DNA from: a virus
Length of the DNA stretch: 64,000 nt
IMG/VR virus record: IMGVR_UViG_3300005098_000013
Coordinates: 1-64,000 of that record
Reading direction: 5' to 3' (one strand)
The notes beneath the pieces were generated by a model. That model searched no databases, had not been told where the DNA came from, and saw only the letters and a program-made list of their open reading frames with translations. Both the position numbers and the translations under genes were made by a program. Shown here one piece after another: positions 59,118-64,000 of the stretch. The first letter of the stretch is position 1, and the number at the start of each line of letters is the position of its first letter.

Positions 59118-60137
59118 TTATATTACCAGATTCAATGAAATGCTAATCGATTGCACATGACCGGCCAAGGTTACTGTTACCTTCACGTCATTCAAAACTC
59201 TGTTTGCCTTGTCTGCAGCTGAAATAGATGAAAGCAACGGCATATCTATTACATAATTTGTAATGCCACCATCCTCCAAGAGTGAGTTGCAAGCTTCTGC
59301 AATCTTCGATTCTATCTGCGATAAACCCGACTCATCAAAAGGCACCTCTGAAGCCATAAGCAACCCTTCTAATCTGTCCTCGATAAGTTCTTCTAACCAA
59401 TAACGCGTTCTGGTGATGTCTACATACTTATAGTCTCCGCCTTTTGTCGTAAGCCCATCGCTCACCACATCAGTCCCTCTTTTGGCAATTACTACATTAA
59501 TTGGCGGATCTCCTGCCTCTAACGAATCTACATCTGACGGGCTATAGTAGTCCGAAAGTGTAACGCCTGACACTTCCATCCACATCATCTTTTCCCACGG
59601 TTTCTTCAATGAATATTCAGCTGCTACTGCTGCTGCTATATCATCGTTTGTCTTTGCTGCAACACCTACCACATTCTGCGAGTCTGTGAGATTACCAAAG
59701 TCAGTTTGCATGGTTGCTACAGTTCCCGAAGCACCGATTACATGCAACCAATTGTTGGTGTCACATCTTCCAATGATCGCATCAAATTGTGATGTGGTAC
59801 TTGATTCCAAAAAAACGTTTGCATAGATTAGGAAATCTATGTCCTCGTCCTCCATCTCATCAATTGCCGCTTCCAAATCAACATCACTAGTGCTTGCTGC
59901 CCTTGTACATCTTATCTGCCTCACTCCTCTTCCAAAAATTATTGCCGCTGCTTCTGCTATGTCCGAACCCGCACCGAAGTACGTTTCCACCTCATCTATA
60001 TCTACACACAATCTGTTAGTTGCATCAGGCTGAGATCCACCACCTCCGGTACCAATAAGTGCTATTTCACCATATGTTGGCGGCCTGCCTGCTGCACTAA
60101 CCGTTGTTGTAGTTATGCTTATTGCATCTCTTACCAT
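59118..60137 (-). CDS. Tail sheath protein (compact)
   Basis: YVDITR..WL, VPFDESG, ADKANRVL, LAGHVQ. Confidence 0.85.
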   Translation of the reverse strand: MVRDAISITTTTVSAAGRPPTYGEIALIGTGGGGSQPDATNRLCVDIDEVETYFGAGSDIAEAAAIIFGRGVRQIRCTRAASTSDVDLEAAIDEMEDEDIDFLIYANVFLESSTTSQFDAIIGRCDTNNWLHVIGASGTVATMQTDFGNLTDSQNVVGVAAKTNDDIAAAVAAEYSLKKPWEKMMWMEVSGVTLSDYYSPSDVDSLEAGDPPINVVIAKRGTDVVSDGLTTKGGDYKYVDITRTRYWLEELIEDRLEGLLMASEVPFDESGLSQIESKIAEACNSLLEDGGITNYVIDMPLLSSISAADKANRVLNDVKVTVTLAGHVQSISISLNLVI

Positions 60138-60165
60138 TTTCCTTCCTCCTTTTTTTTTTGCCTTC

Positions 60166-60915
60166 TTAAGGCTCTACCAGTTCTACGTTTGCATGATGAA
60201 CTGGTGCTATTTCTTCGACGTAAGCCTCTTCATGCCTTAGGCCAACATCGAATTGTCTTCTATATCTGAAATCCGATTCTACAAATGCATCAAGATTTCG
60301 AATGTCACTTATAACCCAGCTTAGAATTCCGCTAACGCTAAATTGGTAATCGAAGAATTCCTTCAGGCCTTGTGCGATAGCCTCTGCTATCTTAGCACCC
60401 GCAATCTGTGAAGTCCCACTTCTATGATTTTGTGCATATATATTAACTGATAAAATGTCTGAGTAAATGCCCCCGCGTGTCTTCTTAACCATGCTGTGCT
60501 TGAACTCAACTGTGAAATCAGTACCAGAATCTGGTCGCTCCGTAGCATCGAACGTAATAGTTTGAGCATCGTTGCCTATGGTAATTTTACTAATATCAAA
60601 ATCAAATGGGCTATCGTCCTTGGTGCCTAAAACCTTAGTCAAAGAAGTGACGTAGCCAACGCTAAGAGAATAAGTCAAACTTGAAGTTGCAGCTATTGTG
60701 TCTGACTTATCTTTGCTTAAAACAGACCAGCCCCGTAGCTGGTTAAATGGCACATCAATTGGCTTAGTCCATAAATAGTTGAGCACAATAGCTGGAAAAA
60801 CATCTTCCAGGTACTGATTGCTATAAACCACAGTAGGAGTGAATTCAGTACCTTCTACAGTAAAAGATTTAGGTATACTTTTGTATACCTCTGCTTTCTG
60901 TGCTATGTTCAGCAT
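60166..60915 (-). CDS. Tail terminator / neck protein
   Basis: Position; FP.IVL, RRQFDV. Confidence 0.55.
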   Translation of the reverse strand: MLNIAQKAEVYKSIPKSFTVEGTEFTPTVVYSNQYLEDVFPAIVLNYLWTKPIDVPFNQLRGWSVLSKDKSDTIAATSSLTYSLSVGYVTSLTKVLGTKDDSPFDFDISKITIGNDAQTITFDATERPDSGTDFTVEFKHSMVKKTRGGIYSDILSVNIYAQNHRSGTSQIAGAKIAEAIAQGLKEFFDYQFSVSGILSWVISDIRNLDAFVESDFRYRRQFDVGLRHEEAYVEEIAPVHHANVELVEP

Positions 60916-60961
60916 TGGAGTTCTTCCTTATGCCTAAACGTTTTAAGTTGAGTTCTTCAAC

Positions 60962-61276
60962 TTATACTTCCTTCTTCAGTGAATAAATATTAATTCCTAT
61001 TAGATCAACCACCTCTACTTCTTCAGTTACCTTCCATATATCATCCAACACATCATTGACGCTGAGGGTTTCCTTAGTTATAAAGATACTGTCTGCTTTA
61101 CTGAACCATCCTACCTCTGATACATCAAATGCATCTGTGGTATAAGGTGTTATGAAACCTTGAACTGTGCCGCTTGTATAGACAGTTTCTATGTAGCCGT
61201 CTACTACCGCACCTGACGGTCTTAAGTAAGAATGCACTGACGACCATTTTAGCAACCCCAAGAAATTGATTTTCAT
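60962..61276 (-). CDS. Head closure / stopper protein
   Basis: Size and position. Confidence 0.5.
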   Translation of the reverse strand: MKINFLGLLKWSSVHSYLRPSGAVVDGYIETVYTSGTVQGFITPYTTDAFDVSEVGWFSKADSIFITKETLSVNDVLDDIWKVTEEVEVVDLIGINIYSLKKEV

Positions 61277-61290
61277 TTGCTTTCATCTTA

Positions 61291-61773
61291 CTACAATAAC
61301 CCTTCGGCCTTCACAAACTGACGATAACGGTATTCTATTAAATCGAACGCTGGCCTAAAAAAAGGACGTTCCGGAACCTTAATCATGTTCGTACCTTTTA
61401 GCTTCTCTGCACTAAACATGTCCTTTGGGATAATGTAGCCGAAGAGCTTGCGTCTTTGAGCAGGCGTCATTCTCATAATGACACCATATTCCATCCATGC
61501 TGCTGCCTTGTGTGTAGAGAGAACTTCATACTCACTTGGGCCAATCGGAATCTTTACAAACGAATCCCTAAGGCTACCCGTATCGACCAACGGCATGCCT
61601 TTTCTTAAGGCTGGCAGAGGCCAAACTTTGCCTGCTGCTTGCCCCGTATCGAAAAAGTTATGGATTGTCTCGATGAAATCGTCGGCAGCACGTTCTGCAA
61701 AGCTTTTAGCCTTATCAAGTTTGTCCAAAATCTCGGGGCTTTTGTCCTTAAAGCTAAAACCGAAAGGCTCCAT
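61291..61773 (-). CDS. Virion morphogenesis / tail completion protein
   Basis: PLVDTGSLRDS, AAWMEYG, PERPFFRPA. Confidence 0.8.
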   Translation of the reverse strand: MEPFGFSFKDKSPEILDKLDKAKSFAERAADDFIETIHNFFDTGQAAGKVWPLPALRKGMPLVDTGSLRDSFVKIPIGPSEYEVLSTHKAAAWMEYGVIMRMTPAQRRKLFGYIIPKDMFSAEKLKGTNMIKVPERPFFRPAFDLIEYRYRQFVKAEGLL

Positions 61774-61824
61774 TTTCCATCATCTCGGCAACGGCGTCAG
61801 TTCTCCAATATCTATCTGACATAT

Positions 61825-62205
61825 TTACAACACTGCTTTCGTTGGAATCTCTAAACTTCTGTCTGCAAACATATATCCTATTTTCAACTTCATACTAGAC
61901 GGCGATGCATCCTCTGCCGCTTCTTCAGCTTGCGCCTTGAGCGAACCTGCAATAGCTTGGACGTCTCGTTTTATACTAAGCGGCCCAAACTTTGCATCTC
62001 GAAACACATTAGATACTATAAACGCCTTATATGCCGCTAGATACTTCACTGCAATATCAAAAAGCCCTGTGCTTACCGGAGATGTAATCTTTGCAGCCAG
62101 TATAACTTCTGCATCTTCTATGGCTTGCTGTATAGTAAGGTCAGCAAGCTCGTCTTTAGTGATATCATTGAGTGCAGTTCGCACATCAGATATTGTAACG
62201 GCCAT
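61825..62205 (-). CDS. Head-tail adaptor
   Basis: TISDVR, I..AIEDA, AVKYLAAY; follows capsid gene. Confidence 0.65.
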   Translation of the reverse strand: MAVTISDVRTALNDITKDELADLTIQQAIEDAEVILAAKITSPVSTGLFDIAVKYLAAYKAFIVSNVFRDAKFGPLSIKRDVQAIAGSLKAQAEEAAEDASPSSMKLKIGYMFADRSLEIPTKAVL

Positions 62206-62250
62206 TTTTAAGCTTTATGAGAATAAAAAAAAAGCCAGGGTACATGCAAC

Positions 62251-63087
62251 TTAAGCATGTACACCTGTGATTTCGATTCCTGCGTCTGCCTGCACTACTT
62301 TAGGCTCTGCAAACTTTGCGATTGCGTAGCCAGTGTAGAACGCAGCATTGCCTGAATACTTCTGAACCATGCTTGGACCGTCTCCGAGAACAAGAGCTGG
62401 CGCCTCTGTGGCAAGTACAAAGCAGCTGGTATTTGGTGTAATGGCTACATCCGTAAGCACCTTAAGTCCGCAATAAGTAGGAACCTCGCCCTTGACCATC
62501 ATATTGCGTTCCATTTGCTTTCTTACATAGTCGTTACTCACCAAATCTGCCCACACTAATGGATTCATTGCCAGGTAAGTAGGCTCGTAACCCTTATCCA
62601 GGTTGATCATAGTAGCAATCGCTTCCATTACATCGTCTGAAGGGTCGTTATCTCCGCCCCAATCAGAACCTGTTTGGTTTGCAAAGCCAGTTGGAAGCAC
62701 ACTTGCAATGTCTTCGTTTTCCATCTGCGCGATTGCACCGGCCGCGTCCTTGACGTTCGAGGCTAAGATGTCACCTACGAGATTCTTTTTCTTTCCTGCC
62801 TCATAGCTGATTGCTATGTGTACAACGTTCTTGCCGTACGCTTCAAGATCGAAATGAACCCATGTATATGCCTCCTTGCTCAGCTCTGCTTCTTTGAGTG
62901 GCGGTACATGCTTGATACCAGCCAATCTAGTCGCAACTGGCATGTCACCTAAAAGGTCTGGCATTTTTATGACTCTGCAAAGCTCGCGTAGTTTATACTT
63001 GTTTCTCGCTAGCCCAAGAACTTCAGACACCACTACTTTGGCCTCTATGTCTTCTATATCCGCTACATCTATAAATCCTGTTGGCAT
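62251..63087 (-). CDS. Major capsid protein (HK97 fold)
   Basis: LAMNP..W..L, YCGLKV, position before adaptor. Confidence 0.8.
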   Translation of the reverse strand: MPTGFIDVADIEDIEAKVVVSEVLGLARNKYKLRELCRVIKMPDLLGDMPVATRLAGIKHVPPLKEAELSKEAYTWVHFDLEAYGKNVVHIAISYEAGKKKNLVGDILASNVKDAAGAIAQMENEDIASVLPTGFANQTGSDWGGDNDPSDDVMEAIATMINLDKGYEPTYLAMNPLVWADLVSNDYVRKQMERNMMVKGEVPTYCGLKVLTDVAITPNTSCFVLATEAPALVLGDGPSMVQKYSGNAAFYTGYAIAKFAEPKVVQADAGIEITGVHA

Positions 63088-63100
63088 TTCTTTTTTCCTC

Positions 63101-63499
63101 CTACTTTAACAACAGTGGCACAGTTCCACTTGCAACCAATGAAGTTGTGTTCATTGCATAACCCACGACAGATCTTGTTAGCGCTACTGAATTGATAGTG
63201 ACTTTCTTGACCTTTCCAGCTGCTGCACAAACTAGTTCGTCCATAAAGTTGACCGGAAAACCTGACTCAACCGTTACTTCAGCGACTCCTTTGATAAGCC
63301 CGCGCATATCCCGATTTGTTGCAGCTGCAGTAACTGTGTCCATTGCAATGGCAAACTTGCCCTCATCAGCATCATCGACTGGTTCAAAGCCGTTACCTTC
63401 TTCCTTTATGACTTGACCTTTAGTCACTAGCGTTGCGATTTTTGCATCTTCGTTCTTTACTAATATATCATATTCCTGATACGGATCTCCTACTGCCAT
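63101..63499 (-). CDS. Capsid decoration/cement protein
   Basis: Size, IA...G...V...L...AAGKV...VGYA pattern, upstream of MCP. Confidence 0.65.
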   Translation of the reverse strand: MAVGDPYQEYDILVKNEDAKIATLVTKGQVIKEEGNGFEPVDDADEGKFAIAMDTVTAAATNRDMRGLIKGVAEVTVESGFPVNFMDELVCAAAGKVKKVTINSVALTRSVVGYAMNTTSLVASGTVPLLLK

Positions 63500-63501
63500 T
63501 T

Positions 63502-64000
63502 TTACTCATCTCCTAGAGGATCTTTATGCCCAAACCACTCTTGCCTCAACTTCTGCTCTTCCGTGAGTTCGCTGCTTCCAGAAGCTGACAACTTAACCTT
63601 TGCTTCTGCTTTCACTTCTGCATCTACTTTCTCGAGACGTTCAGCATCAGAAAGCAAGATCTTCAACTGTGTCTCGTCAAGTTTCTTAAAGTCTTCGACT
63701 GCTATGCTTTTGTCCTTTTCTTCTATGAGACCTTTCTTTGCTCTTAGCTCAACTATCTGTGTTGCTAAGTCCTCTCGTCTGCTTAACATCATTTGGTTTA
63801 CTTTTTCCCGCAATGACCGATTCTCAGCAGAAAGCGTTTCCATCTTCTTATTTACATCTTCTTTCGGCTTATCCATATCCTCCTCCTTCTTTTCGCCCTT
63901 GTTTTCGGTGTCGCCCTTGTTTTCAGCACTTGCCGGTGCACCTTCCTTATAACCTTTTGGCGCCAACACAATATACTCAATCTCAGAACCATCGATTTTG
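63502..64000 (-). CDS. C-terminal part of scaffold (or protease-scaffold) protein, 5' end outside window
   Basis: Charged coiled-coil; frame open to window edge. Confidence 0.6.
   Translation of the reverse strand, partial: KIDGSEIEYIVLAPKGYKEGAPASAENKGDTENKGEKKEEDMDKPKEDVNKKMETLSAENRSLREKVNQMMLSRREDLATQIVELRAKKGLIEEKDKSIAVEDFKKLDETQLKILLSDAERLEKVDAEVKAEAKVKLSASGSSELTEEQKLRQEWFGHKDPLGDE

Larger units (their letters stand above)
1..64000. mobile_element. Partial genome of a contractile-tailed (Caudoviricetes) virus, probably archaeal
   Basis: Head-neck-sheath-tube-TMP-baseplate gene order, PolB, MCM-like ATPase, GGAGGTG SD motifs, dense small ORFs, no cellular housekeeping operons. Confidence 0.92.

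Noticed and set aside
48558-63952. + strand ORFs over the structural module
   Set aside because: Antisense shadows of well-supported - strand genes
1-64000. Specific host assignment, and integrase, terminase or portal genes
   Set aside because: Host cannot be fixed from sequence alone; none of these genes recognised, packaging genes probably lie beyond 64000

Overview
This window is about 64 kb of a tailed, myovirus-like dsDNA virus genome that very probably infects an archaeon. The evidence is GGAGGTGA Shine-Dalgarno sites, archaeal-type PolB, an MCM-like AAA+ ATPase, an ERCC4 nuclease, a Cdc6-type winged helix, archaeal-type ThyA and two inteins. Layout: (i) 1-2150 is a repeat-rich, mostly non-coding segment, possibly terminus/pac/origin. 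(ii) 2260-20310 is a purine-rich + strand region of small, mostly hypothetical early genes, punctuated by covarying stem-loops with a conserved CT(A/C)(A/G)GAG(A/T)AG core. (iii) 20470-35500 holds replication, recombination and 7-deazaguanine genes (queC, folE2/mptA-like, queD, queE, divergent DpdA/TGT-like, PolB with non-canonical motifs, dUTPase, Cas4-like), plus a structured ncRNA and aberrant tRNA-like elements. (iv) 35670-46260 is a large sugar-synthesis/glycosyltransferase cluster with embedded ThyA, a stand-alone NrdD glycyl-radical domain and a 224-nt fold-back. (v) 47880-64000 is the - strand morphogenesis module (fibres, baseplate, tape measure, frameshifted chaperone, tube, sheath, neck, capsid), cut by the window edge. 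All calls come from reading motifs by eye; no searches were run. The best candidates for an undescribed system are the covarying hairpin family in the early region, the tRNA-mimic/ncRNA set, a possible deazaguanine/glycosyl DNA hypermodification with an adapted polymerase, and a putative spare-part glycyl-radical protein for class III RNR.
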